Positions 51,101-63,829 are shown, counted from the first letter of the stretch. The stretch is 64,000 nucleotides of DNA from Tubiluchus corallicola (GCA_030141605.1 JAQGDQ010000253.1:204911-268910), one strand, 5' to 3'. The notes: generated from the letters alone by a model not told the origin. Numbers and translations are program-made.

Positions 51101-54100
51101 CTCAATTAATCGCCCGGGCCGCACTTTCATAAGGTTGACAAATTTCTTCGCGGGCCGCACAAATTCTCTCGGCGGGCCGCAAGTGGCCCACGGGCCGCAA
51201 TTTGCACACCCCTGTCCTAGATAGCAAAAACAGCGACTTGCTCGTTAATTGAAAAAATCGCCTTAAACGTCTTCGCTTCATTTTACTCTGTGTTACGCCT
51301 GAAGGAATAATCTTACATAAAATTTAAAGCTGCTGTGCAAAATAACGATTGCAACACGGTCAGATCAGGGACCCATAAAGTATCTATACACCATCAGTTT
51401 CAAGGGCGTAATTTATAGGCTTTATTTGGAGACTTTGTACATGCATTGAGGTATAATGGAAAACCAATCTACATGACTTTTTACTGTAATAATTTTGTAG
51501 TAAAGGAAAGCTGTGTTAAATAGTGATTTTGATTAAATTGGTGATTAAATTATTAAAATAATAATTCAAGATTAAACGCTTGACGATGCAAGATTAAACT
51601 ATAGTCGTGGATAGAAGCTTAGTTAAGTGTGGCATCACGTGACCAGCTGATGTTCGACCGGCTGACTCAGAAGTAAAGATTGATGATGTAATCCTTATGC
51701 GCAGAAGCTCACGGCGCATTAGGTGAGAGAGATGAGGAACTGACTTGAAGACGGAGGGCTGGCATTACTATCCTCTTATATTTACCGTGTTGTGTTTGAT
51801 ATTTGACAAATATGTAGTTTAGTAAATAAAGTCTTGATAGTTTGCCATGTCCATCGTGGCTACCTCACACGCCACACAATAAACAACAACAATCAGCAAG
51901 CAGCATTAACCACAAGAATAAATAAGCATTTAAACAAATTATTTTACTTAATGGAAGACCAATCTACATGACTTTTTACTGAAATAATTTTGTACCAACC
52001 ATTTGCCCATCGACGGAAAAACCAAATGCAGCATAGCCGTTGGCAGTTTTTAACTTGGCTGAGAGTTTGATGTGAGCCATGTTATTTTTGACCATCCAAG
52101 TGGCTGTATAGTCACAGGTATCCTCGTCGCAACCGTATTCACCCCACCTGAAACAGCTTTTTGTTTCGCCGCAGCCTTCATAATCCAAAGCGTTGGGTGA
52201 AACTGCAAAATAACAAAAATGATTGGATATCGAAGACCACGGCATAAATGATTCCCCGTATTGCCTCCTTATATTTTATATCAAACATAAAAGAATTAAT
52301 GTTATTTTTGGCTCTGCTCTTTCTTATTCTCATTCGCTGTTTTTTGCTTTTGCACACATTCTTTTTTTATTTATTTTTTATTAATTCTTTATTTGTCATT
52401 AAAATGGTTCACTCATTATAATAAAATTGAGTAAGCCTCAGCGTAATGTTAAAATAACAACACTGTTCAAGACAAATGCGTCCAGTGCAGACTAAAAAAA
52501 ACTAAAGTGCAAAACTAAGGCCTAATTATATACAATAAATGAACATATTTACAAACACAAGATTAAAATATTTTTACAAAACAATATTACAAAAGTACAT
52601 AAATTTTCGGGTATTCCCTGTTATTTACATACAAATCTAGATACATAAGTGTTATTAAAAGTTAACACCTATAATACACAATATTAGTATAAATTAGCAA
52701 CTTGGATCTAAGTCTCTAACAAAACATGTGAATACACTGCGACATTACTGAATAAAGCACACATATATTATTCGTATATGTATATTACAATGTACTAAGT
52801 TAAGTTTAATAAATCATTTAATTTAATAATTTAAAACGATTGTTTTTTGCTATGTACATCTAGACTAGTTTCAGCTGTGTAAAATATTTTACAATTAATT
52901 TTATGATATAAGTTATTGAAACCATACAAGAATAAAATAACAATATTACAGTTACGTTATATTCTAACACATATTATTAGTGGAGAATTCACCAGCAGCT
53001 TATTTAATTTATTAAACATAACGCGTTTAGCAATGCTATGACGTGGACACTTAATAAGAAAGCGATCACGCGTTCCTTGAGCATATACATTTACAAAATA
53101 GTCATACTAGATGATCCCATCGTAATTTTTATAGGTTTTACACGTCAAATGCAGACACAGGAAAGTTCAAATGTGACTTAGGTAAGTCAAATGTAGACAT
53201 AGGACATTTGACTTGACATGTGTCTACATTTGACTCACCAAAAACGCTTAAGATTTGTTGAAAACCATTGTTAACACATTTGAACTACCTAAATCTACAT
53301 TTGAATTACCTAAATCTACATTTGAGTTAACGCAGGTCTACATTTGACATGTAAAACCTATATAACCTCTTTGACAAAGTTAATCTAACTTGTCGAATCC
53401 CATGCGCATGCGCATGTGATGAAACGAATTTGGACGAGCCTAACTACAATGTCTTAGATATTTCAAATTTCTAAATATTATAAATGTTCGTTATACTCGC
53501 TCAGAATTAGTTCCTTCTCTATCGAGCGGTATTGGTCTCATATCTGCTGCAGTGCTGGTATTCTTGAGACATAGAAATTCGCTATTTTTACCAATGATAG
53601 ATTGGCGACCATAAATTGATTATTAAAACAGTATGTCCGCAGGTTGTTCCTGAGGCAGGATGCTATCGAATCATCTGACTTTCAGCGAAATCCATTGGGA
53701 TCTGGGTTACAGCGCCTAAAATGTATTATTCATTCAACGCAATACTGTATTTCTTTGTTTCCAAAGCACTCTCATGTAGTGCTTACCTCCGCCAATACGG
53801 ATAGACCATTATCCCTCAAATAATGAACTTTTTCAGGAGAAATACTATTGAGTAAAACTGCCGAAAATAAACTTCCCTGGTAATATAAATAAGTAAAATA
53901 TCATGAACAGAACGCTCCAGCTCACGATATTATGCATATTTTTAGAATAATTTCATATTGTACAGGAACAAACTATACTGCAACTCTGTAAACGTATAAT
54001 TTAGAGATTCTAATACAAACAATTTTCAAACGCTTAGGGCTGCAAAACAAATCAAGAAATTCCACACACCAGCATGCCAAGTTTGATTTACTTAATTGCA

Positions 54101-57100
54101 TGAGTGGCCAAGCATTTTCAACTGTTTTTCATCCCATTCATGTGAGAAGCTACCTAACATGTTGGGTGACCTTCAAATACAGGAAATCGGCGCTAACCAT
54201 GTCTCTCTGGCAAAGGATTACAATCTTTAAAAACTTGCTGGTTAGCTGTACGGAATAACTATACACATACGGGAAAAACAGGAAAAATAAGTAAAGATGT
54301 TTCACTTATTCCAGAAAATGTACCATTGTTATATTTACCTGACTGCAAGAAATTGTCTAGCAATCATTATAATGAGGGTTCGATTAATTCACTCAAAAAT
54401 GCAACCGAATGAACGGCTTTTGTTGACAACACATGATACGTCTTTATTGCTCATGTTTCGATGCTGCTGTTGTTTTAGTTGCACAATTGAGACTCAGTTT
54501 CCCCAGAAGCAAATCAGTTGCGGCTATTTACTCAATGATACGTGCGATGTGTGGCTTATGTCAACATTTTTGGACGACCCAAAATTATGCATTGTTACCG
54601 GACGACCAAAATGCTGGCCTTCAAAAAATGTCCCGTAGCACGTACTTGTTGTAAAAGTAAAATTTTAGATATTTTCCTTATATTGCAAGGGAATTATTCT
54701 CCCGTGACTTGCCATCAAACTTAAGCATAAAAATTAAAACAGTTATTATAGGTAAAAAATAAATGTTATGTAGACAAATAAACAAATACATCCATCTTTG
54801 CGTTCAAACCTAGAAATGTACTAAAGCTAAATTAGTTTGCAGTAAACCGATCTAAAATACTTTGGTACCTACATCACCGATCGGGCATTGCCACTATTGG
54901 AGATTATGTACGATGAGTTACTCATAGGAGAGGAAAGCTCCATTCATATCCTGTAATGTGTTGAATTTTCTTGACGTATGTGGAGATTAGCCAGGGACAT
55001 AAGATGCTAAGCAGGTACATTTTTAGAGTATGTGTTAAGAATAGTAAATTACTTGCTAATTAATGCTAATTTGCTTAACAGTCTAATTAGTGAAAACGTT
55101 TTAAAACTCATCGAATGGATCTGGCTACTTGTGCTCAATAGAACAGTTTCGCGCTCCTAAGATTTTTATTCGATTGTGCAAACCGCCAAACCACTTTTCC
55201 TGTCCTTTCTTCAAAAACTTTTTTCAAAATTATTATTTGTATCATAACTGTAGATGTATTGCAAGATAAATAAAAGATTACGTTACGTTACGTTATGTTA
55301 TGTTATGTTATGTTATGTTATGCTGTTATGCCACATCTTGCACCATAGTCTCGTAGACCTCGAAAACCATTCTGGAGAGCGACCATAGATCTTTTTGTAG
55401 ACTATACAAGCTTCGGAAGCTGTATGACCCGATTATTCATAAGCTACACACGAACTGATTCACTTCAAGCCTTTCTTTCCGTACGACAGAGGTAATGACA
55501 ACGCTGTTTTTTTAATTATTTAATAGTATTTAGTATTTGGCACAACTCAAATATGGGATTTGCTGTTTTGAGCTGTACTGTCATGTAGTTTTCCCATTTT
55601 AGACTTCAGTTTTAGTGGTTAAAAAAATCTATGGCAAACAAAAAGACAAAAGATACGACATGCAATATGTTTTCTTTAAATCAGGCGAATTTAAGACTTA
55701 CCTTTTGGAAGCTTTGAATACACCGATTTTTTCCCATGAATGTTACTTTGAACAGTAACATAACTTGAAAACTCTGTTTATTAAAGGTTTATTAGGCACA
55801 TATGTTGTAGATTCGCTAGTATATTTAGCTGCTGCTCCAGGAGGAGTCTATGCTATTCTAGTATGTTATTTGTCGAATGTTTTTATGGTAAGACTGTTTA
55901 CATTATTTTTTACATCTGTAGTTTTCGGGGAAACGCTTAAAGGCTTTCTACTGAAAGCAAACACTCAGACAACCCAGATTTATTTTAATGTTCCGATACA
56001 GATTTGTTTTGCTACTGTTCATACAGGATTTGAGTAAAGCTTAAGCTGAAGCTAAATAGCATACTGCAGTAGCTTATAGTTTGGCTTCTTGATACTGCAT
56101 TTGTCTGCTAATCTTCTTGTCATTTTTCTTAAATTCATCAAATGTTCATGTACAACTGCAAGCACATTTAAGTTAGTCATCGATACATTACACTCCAAAA
56201 ATGGAAAATACATATTAGCACGTTTTTGTAGCTAACATTGGTACGCTTTTTGTAAATGATAGAATGTCTATTGTATGTCGTGCATAAGTTGAATGTATTT
56301 ATTATACCCGTTAACTAATTTAAGCTTAGATCTTCCTCCATCGAATGTTGTTAGTCTCATCTACCTGTAACAGTGCTCTCGCTCACGAGGCATAATAACT
56401 CGCTATTCTTATCAACGATAGACAAATAGTGACCATAACTGATTACGAGGGCAGAATGCTATCGCACTATCTGACTTATAGTGAAATTCATTTGGTTGAG
56501 GGTCACGTCATCTAAAGTTTAATGTTCGTTTATCATAATATCTCGCTTTTCCCTAGAATGGCATTCACTGTAGAGATTACTTTAGTCAGTTACAAAGGGG
56601 CGCATTTATTAATAGGTTAGGTTAACCAGATTGTATCCAGGGGCGCCAAATTTTAAGAGGCATCAAGTTTTTGGCCGCCCAATGTTAAAAAGTTATTATT
56701 CTCCTGGGAAAACGTGTATCCTTTCATATTCCTACAAAACGCTATTTTGTAACACATCACAGACAGTTACATAACCCGCTTTTATATAAAAGACATATAA
56801 TAAACAAGTAAAAAATATTGCATAGAAGGTAGTACACCACAACCAGCTACGCGATCTTTTTAGATATAGCAGCTAAGAAATGTATGTACAGTGATTTAGT
56901 AATAGCTACCTGACGCTGATACACCACAAGTAATTGTGCAAATTTATAAACTATCATATTTTCCATAATAGATTATAGAGATGGTCGAGACTGAAGTATT
57001 AGCTTAGGGTCTAATACGTCTCTGCAGTACAGATGGATTATTGTACTTTAACGTTTAATAATGAATTCTTTGCACGGGAAATCTAACGATCATAAAACGT

Positions 57101-57176
57101 CCAAAATAACCTTACCAGGTAATATAAATAAGCAAAATATGATGAACAAACTGCTGCAACTCATGATAGTATACAT
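46471..57176 (-). CDS. DOMON-domain protein, FRRS1L / ferric-chelate-reductase-like, probably secreted and membrane- or GPI-anchored (about 232 aa)
   Basis: Exons 52202-52000 (GCGETKSCF...[13 protein letters not shown]), 50541-50406 (ANADVYAC), 47448-47320 ([10 protein letters not shown]...[14 protein letters not shown]) and 46640-46471 (LDEH...[24 protein letters not shown]) join in phase. The first exon 57176-57116 ([20 protein letters not shown], donor G|gtaagg, phase 1) is inferred and less certain. Confidence 0.82.
46790..47100 (-). mobile_element. Possible LINE 3' fragment in a DOMON gene intron
   Basis: Short ORF ending ...[11 protein letters not shown], followed by a T-rich tail. Weak resemblance only. 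Confidence 0.3.
47938..48186. repeat. Compound tetranucleotide microsatellite (GATA)(GGAT)(GGAC)(GGTA)(GACA)(GATA)
   Basis: Direct observation. Confidence 0.97.
49022..49599. repeat. 18/19-bp minisatellite, about 32 units
   Basis: Variants ggagtaaatgctagattt, ggagtaaatgctagataa and ggagtaaatcgctagataa are interspersed. Confidence 0.95.
50716..51214. mobile_element. hAT-type MITE, copy 2 (inverted relative to copy 1)
   Basis: Same TIR with one mismatch; 8-bp TSD tcctagat; internal sequence is the near reverse complement of 45938-46439. Confidence 0.93.
51628..51876 (+). mobile_element. Possible solo LTR
   Basis: Begins tgtggc and ends gccaca, with an internal AATAAA near 51825. No TSD found. 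Confidence 0.35.
53130..53362. mobile_element. Short MITE-like foldback element
   Basis: About 27-bp TIR tataggttttacacgtcaaatgcagac / gtctacatttgacatgtaaaacctata, with internal repeats of ctacatttga. Confidence 0.8.
53877..53937 (-). pseudogene. Duplicate signal-peptide exon with a non-canonical donor (GG instead of GT)
   Basis: [21 protein letters not shown]|ggaagt is paralogous to [21 protein letters not shown]|gtaagg at 57176-57116. Confidence 0.5.
55278..55330. repeat. (GTTAC/GTTAT)n pentanucleotide repeat
   Basis: Direct observation. Confidence 0.9.
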
Positions 57177-57462
57177 ATTTTAGTATATTATCCAAGAACA
57201 GAATATACTGGAACTCTGTAAACATGTAATTTATATCCCAACACACTACTTTCTGACGCCCAAGTCTGCGAAACTTCAACTACCTGCACGACAAGTACGA
57301 ATAACTTATTACATGATTAGCCATGCGAATACTTTCAACTACAATATTCTTCATCCTATTCATGCGAAAAGCTGCATGATCCTTTGGCCAATCACATTGG
57401 ATGTCCTTAAACTGTAACACTGTAACGTCTTGAAGGGGAAACTTACCTCAAGTAGATTACTA

Positions 57463-57917
57463 CCGTATTTTCCCGTGTATAAAAGACCCTTGTGTATAAG
57501 AGACCCCTTCAATTTTTAGGCAAAAATTCTGGAAAAAAGTTTTTTCAGACGGACATTTTTAGAGGGTAAAGTACAACTTTTTTCAACTCAGTGCGGTACT
57601 GAAAACAAAATAAAACCAGTTAATGTGTTGTAGAAAAAGAGTACTGGTATATATTAAAGTGCGTACCTGCAAACCTGTAACAGGAAAAGAGAAAACGAGG
57701 AGATAATGCCTGTGTCACGATGCTTGTATTGCTTACAACCGCTTCATAGTCGAACGCGACACGCAAAACAGTTGTAGAGCACTTATTTCTTTAAAATCAT
57801 TAGTGTCACAATTTATGCATCTTATTGAAAAGACTTACTCCCATGTATAAGAGACCCCCTATTTTTAAAGTGAAAATTCTGAGCAAAAAAGGGTCTCTTA
57901 TACACGGGAAAATACGG
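57463..57917. mobile_element. Tc1/mariner (pogo/Tigger-like) MITE
   Basis: TA on both sides. TIR ccgtattttcccgtgtataa.agaccc / gggtctcttatacacgggaaaatacgg, with internal repeats of tgtataagagacccc. Confidence 0.88.
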
Positions 57918-59043
57918 TAATTACCATTGCATCGTGCTGCCATCTGCAGTGTACAATTGAGTTGATTAGTTCCTCTTGCAAACATGCAATTTTAAGTTGC
58001 AATGCTTTTAGAGTTTTAGTTTGCTCGTACACCAAAACTACAATGTTAACGCGTAGTCGTAAGCAAGATAATTTAAATATGAAAACAAGAAAATTAATCA
58101 TTAATCAGCTAAATTTACTGATTGATGTTAGGACAGAAAGATGTGAAACACGTTAAAGTAATTTCTACAGTGTGTTTGTTTTAACTTAATAATTAACACA
58201 ACATGTATTGTAACATTTTTTATTTAAACTGCATAATAATCTATACAACGGTATAACAGCATTATTAAAATAGCAAGCCTACGCTAAATGCTCTATAACA
58301 CAAAAAACGCCTTTAAAGTAGGAAAGTTGTGACAATTTGCCAGCAAATTGTTGTAGTACAGATTATTGGTAGACATACAATTTAAAGATAATCTCCAGGT
58401 TCAAGTTCGTAAATAGATGTTGCGTTTACAATACGTTTAGAAATGAGAATAAAGTTATGAAATCACAACTATGAAATCCGGAGCTGAAGAAATCCTTGTG
58501 TTGCAAAATACTACGTGAAATATTATAATTACTTTATGGTGAGCACCGGTTAGTGCATTAAACATAGTCAAGGAAGAACAACATAAATGCAAAGAACGAA
58601 CTGTGTAGAGCTACACATTTAACAATGGGCAAAAGAGGAAAATAAAATGTCAAAATTACAGAAACCAAGTAACCGCAAGTGACCCGTAAAAACAACATTA
58701 TAGTCTATTTGTAGGATGTCTCATCAACGAAAATTAGTAGTTTTTATTAACTGATTAAGCTTTTTTATGTTTCTAACTACTTACAGACAGCTCAATATTT
58801 TAATTATCTCTACTTACGATCACAAGGCCAAATTGCTCCAAATTTAACTTATAGCTAACTCAATGAAACTATTTGTGTAGTAAAATTACTGTAGGGAAAA
58901 ATAACATCTACAGTGAGCAATTGGTTTATGAGACGTCTTTATTTGCCTTGTTCTTTGAGTAAAAGTTACCAAAACGAGTTTTGGTATTAGATCTGTTGGA
59001 CCCCATGTTATTGCTGGTCACTTTTTACTTAAGCATCCTTATT

Positions 59044-62000
59044 TCAAAGAAGTTTTTCCGCTTTCATTTTTGCAGTCATTTCGTTGAAGAATTTCACATC
59101 TTTATAGAATAATTTCCAAAGCGATACTGTCGTAAGATTCTCCATATTAGTCGATTCAGTCAGCCGTTTATACTCATTGAACGTGATAATGTGTCCATCC
59201 GCGTCTGCGCACATTGACTTTACAGTTGGTGGTTTGAACCCAGACATCACAGGAGGCTGAACTCTACCTGAAGCAGTGAAATAATCATTTCTCAACACGT
59301 ACTTTTACGATATGGACCTGTAAAACATAACTGAAATCTGAATATTTTCTTTATATTTATACGTCAAATTATGATTGTAATTTATGCAATCTGCATTACT
59401 GTCATTGACATTTTGTAAATATGTATCATATAATAACTGTAACGTATTGTGCTTGTTAATCGTTAACCCAATAAATTAAATTAAATGTATAAATCATGCA
59501 GGGAATATCAAACAAATTTACGAGAAACAAAAATATAAAATTCTAAACAAAAGATTTTCTAAAGTACATATCCAACTTGACGCCCTTTTAAGAGTAATTA
59601 AGTGTTCATATTTGCCAACCCATGTATTATGTGTTTACCATTTTGACCCCAGATTAAAGCTCACGCATTTATACGATACCACAACTATCATAGGGATTCT
59701 TACGTTTTTTCACAGTCTGCAAGATTCAGCATTCAGTGGCAAGTCCTATTGTACTCATAATGTAGATCGCCACCGGGATAATTACGAAGGATAACCTACT
59801 ACTCTGTAGACTATAAGATGAGACTGTGAACACGGTAAACGTGTCTTAGCCGCGGATAGACGTGCATGTATCTTCCCTTAACAACACAGACAGTGTGGCA
59901 AATGAAACTGATTAGGGGTGGTCATGGTGATTGACCTTCAATTTATAAATCAGGCTCGCTGCTGCTTAACTTCGGCTACTAAACACACCATGACCACTCA
60001 GCTAATTTTTTGCACACTGTACCCGTTTATGTTTGATTGCTTGTCTCAGCTGTCTGTCTAATTTAATCTAAATGAATGATCAAAATTTTAATTATTAAAT
60101 GTGCTTTGCTTGCTCCAGCAAAATAACGCAACAAAAATCATGACTCAGATTTTATGTTTAAAACAATGCGCTTGAAATGATCCGCGAGGAGATAAAATTA
60201 AAAGATCTATTATAAATATGATTCAAGGAAATAGAGTCCAGGTAATTAAATTATACTAATTTAGAACAAGCTAAGCCAGCAAAAAATTATTACCTATAAC
60301 TCCTGAATGCTTGACTATAACTATAAGAAGCTCTGAATGGACAACAACTAGAGTTTCGTCGTCTATTCCAATAATATGGCTAATGCACGTTTTATGAAGA
60401 GGTAGCTTATTATCTGTTGCGTTTTCAACTTCTATTATGCCACTTCTTTTCCGTCTAAGAATTGAGCTTTTTACTTTTCCCCTAAAATCTTTAGAACGAT
60501 ATTTTACTTCTTTTGTCTCCGAATTAGCAGATGACGTATCTACTTCTATGGTTTTTCTCTTCTCAGGATTTATTTTCGAGTCGCCACTATTACTTCCTTC
60601 CTGCAACTTCCGGAATGTACTTTTTTCTCTGAGCAAAGATGACGGTACGTTTTCAGATACGTCAATAAACGACAGCTGACTGTGATCATCAACGTCGTAA
60701 CACATTATCTTCGTTGTTCGTTTATCTGTGCACCAAATGCTTTTACCAGTCTTGGCGAGTGTTTTCACCATATGCCTAGATGACGTAGAATATACCTGTA
60801 TTTCATTTATGACGGAAAGCCCTGATGTATCTATAACATATATTTGCGGTCCGACACCAACCTGCCACAAAATATATGTTAATAATAAATATATAATATG
60901 TATAGATATATACGTATTTATGTACATTCATGTACTTACAATTGCTACGTAAACAATGACAATGATAATACAAGAAAAAAACACAGCACGTTTGTTTGTT
61001 GTAAAGCAGGCTTACTTCATTAAAAATGCTGCATTTAAACACATAACAATTGTAGCTTTACAAAAATTCTGTAAAAGCGATAATGAGTAGAAAAAATGTA
61101 GAGAAATGAATACAAAAGATCTCGAACTCGGGTCTTACGTACCTTTCTCAGAAGTTGCTCCACAGTGAATATGGAATTTTTCATGTTCAAAAATTTATTA
61201 TTATAAGCTTTTATAACACTAATATGTTTGTAGAAACTGAGTGAAATTAAATTACTACTCGTCAATTTACTTAAAATTTTGTCATAATGTTTGGGAAAGA
61301 GTTTTACGTGTTTTTGATTTCACTGATCATTTTTGCGGTATAATTGGACTTGAAATGCAATAAGATCATTTGTTCACCTGTCTAACCCCACCTGGGATAT
61401 AGGTGTGTTAAATTTCCAATTACAGTACATTTAAAAAAGCAACTTGAGAAATGAACGGAATCATTTCAAAACCGCGAGATGAAGGCATCAATAGGCAACA
61501 TTACTATCTATGCATTACCCATAAGTGTTCTGGTTTCGCCAAAAGCAAGCATAACGCTGGTCTTCTTTCAGTACCCAGGGCAAGTTCTGTCTTTTTATAC
61601 CAATAATTGGTAACGTCCCAACCATGCTCTCCTTTCGTGTTTTGTTTATGAAATACGAGGAGCTGCCCGTTTTCGCATGCTCCATACACCCTAGTGCACT
61701 CATTTTCCTCCTAAACAAGCACTTTTCAATTGTGTTAAGTGGCAACTACATGTTTTAATCAATTATAATAAAACTCTAAAAAACTAAACATCCACACTAA
61801 TAAGCGTGTGAATTACAAGTTGTGATTCTGCGTATTAACATTCTCAATCTATTTTCATCATGGTCTAGAAATTTTTGAAATAAAATATTCATATTATTAA
61901 ATATTGAAAGTTGCATTCTGTAGTCTATAGTTGCCCTACATAGTAATGGGTACGTGACACTTGGGCACTGCCATTTGGGCACGAGACATTTGGGCACAGG

Positions 62001-63417
62001 ACATTTGGGCACGGCCATTTGAGCGCGGGACATTTGGGCGCGGGATATTTGGGCACGGGACATTTGGGCACGGGGATACTTGGGCACGAGACACTTGGCC
62101 ACGAACAAAATTTGATATTGCGCCTATTTTTATTTTTGTTTATTAAAGTTTTAATGATTCACCATTTTCCTAACGGTCATAATGTTTAATAGCACAATTA
62201 AAAACCAGTTAATTGCCTTTCTGCACTTTCTCCACCTTCAGTATTACCATATGCGTAGTTTTTAAAATGAACATAGCATGTCAGCATGTCAATAACATAA
62301 ACAATAAGATTTAATCGTTCATTATTAGCAATGCTTATTTTAAAATTCGCAGACGGAAGAAACCTACCAGCATTTCCAGATTGTTCAAAGTGAGCTGATT
62401 ATAAACCCAATGTTAACGTGCAACTATTCATCGAGCACTTTGATGCTTAAAGTTGCGTTGCTTATACTAACTGCCTATTCGAAAGAAAGCAGGTCAATTA
62501 ACGATAAAAGTACTTGATACATAATTATCACTTTTAGGATTAAGCTTTTTCACAGCATCTGTTGCGAAATGCTTGGCAACAGAGTTTTTTTTACACATGG
62601 TGAGTGTTTTAGTTATTTCTAGTGTCAATTACACGATCGTATTCACGAAAATAGTTATTTATTTGCTTACAAAAACTTTCAAGTAAATATCAAAAGTTAG
62701 CTTGTAAATAAATAAAGAAGTTTCACTTAATAGGCCAACTACAGGCATCGCGTTTTGCAGCAAGACACAGAAATTATTTTCTCATTCAAGCGTAGCGTGT
62801 GTCGATTCTTGAGCTCAAATCAGTCTCGCACCTAAGTGAGCCGGCGCCCAAACGGCCGCGCCCACTTTTCCTGTGCCAAAATAATTTGGCCCACAAAGTA
62901 ATAACCCATTCACATTCACATCATCGTTCATAGAATTCCTGTCACTGTTTTATTTGCCGGAAGATGATGCAGTTAAATGTATAAATTTAGGTACAGTATT
63001 TTGGCTAAATAACTATAAACTGTTTGCGAATATTAGCGCCAAATTTAAAAAAATGTCTCTACAATGAACAAAAACTTTAGCGCATCATTGCCTGCTTCGT
63101 TTCAAGTGTAAATGAATGCTGAAATACATTTAACTTGAATTTCAAGTAGGCCTACTATAACTTAATGACTAGTTCGCGCACACTTAGTCACATATTAATT
63201 ATACAGTATAAAGTTAAACGTAGCACTGAAGTAAACTTTATAAGCTCTAAAACTGTTATGCTATTGCATATTGCATTGTACAAAGCTGTTCCCAGAACTT
63301 TTAGAAATAAAAATATACCTCCGCGCAAAGATCACGGACGATTGTGTCTGTCTCAAACAGTGCTAGATGCTTAAAATGGCGCAGGCCTTTAGAACTGACT
63401 ACTTCCAAACGCCAATC
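59044..63417 (-). CDS. 3' exons of a gene with a C-terminal beta-propeller of JIP3/ARHGEF10-17/LRRK type (5' end not resolved, probably beyond window)
   Basis: Exons 63417-63319, 61710-61519, 60861-60294 and 59267-59044 join in phase. VYGACENGQLLVFHK...GWDVTNY...LGTERRPALCLLL...LWVGVGPQIYVID resembles the JIP3-type ALADGTLAIFHR..GQWDLSNY...LGHPHHSIRCM...VWCGYKNKVHVI. Confidence 0.7.
61948..62103. repeat. 15-bp tandem repeat (gacatttgggcacgg), probably the subterminal array of a non-autonomous DNA transposon
   Basis: About 10 units. Degenerate inverted motifs (gcgcccaaac, tgtgccaaa) near 62825-62880 may mark the other end. Confidence 0.75.
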
Positions 63418-63829
63418 CTGTAAAGATTACGATACATTTACCTTTTTACAAACAGATAGTTTAAATACAAATACAGTTCGAGAAACACTGGCCTTTACTG
63501 GCTTTTATTTAATACGAATTTCTGTAACATAACGATGTAACGTAAAGTTATGTTGGCGAAGTAATGAAATGGCGTACTGATACACTGGTGAAATAACAGA
63601 ATTGCGAAATGATAAACTGGCAAAATGATACACTGACGAACTATAAATTGCCGAAATGACATCCTAAGAAGAACTCTAAAGGTAAGTGCTAACAGACTGG
63701 CTTCTTTGGAAGAATAAACAAGGTAGAATGCAGGTAAGTTGTTCATATCACATGCACTTTATTTTTTAAACCAGAAGTAATACAACACTGTGTTCTCTCT
63801 GAAGTTCTGCCAAGCCAACTGACAGGTAC

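Noticed and set aside
45775-51224. Paired ORFs MIKEPST... and ...[16 protein letters not shown]
   Set aside because: They lie inside the two copies of the non-coding hAT MITE and have no transposase motifs.
55700-55740. Minus-strand ATG exon with a strong donor ([12 protein letters not shown]|gtaagt) as first exon of the DOMON gene
   Set aside because: It ends in phase 0 whereas the DOMON exon acceptor needs phase 1, and it is not signal-peptide-like. Left unassigned.
61797-62146. ORFs with RAQMS / WARDI repeats
   Set aside because: They are translations of the 15-bp tandem repeat.
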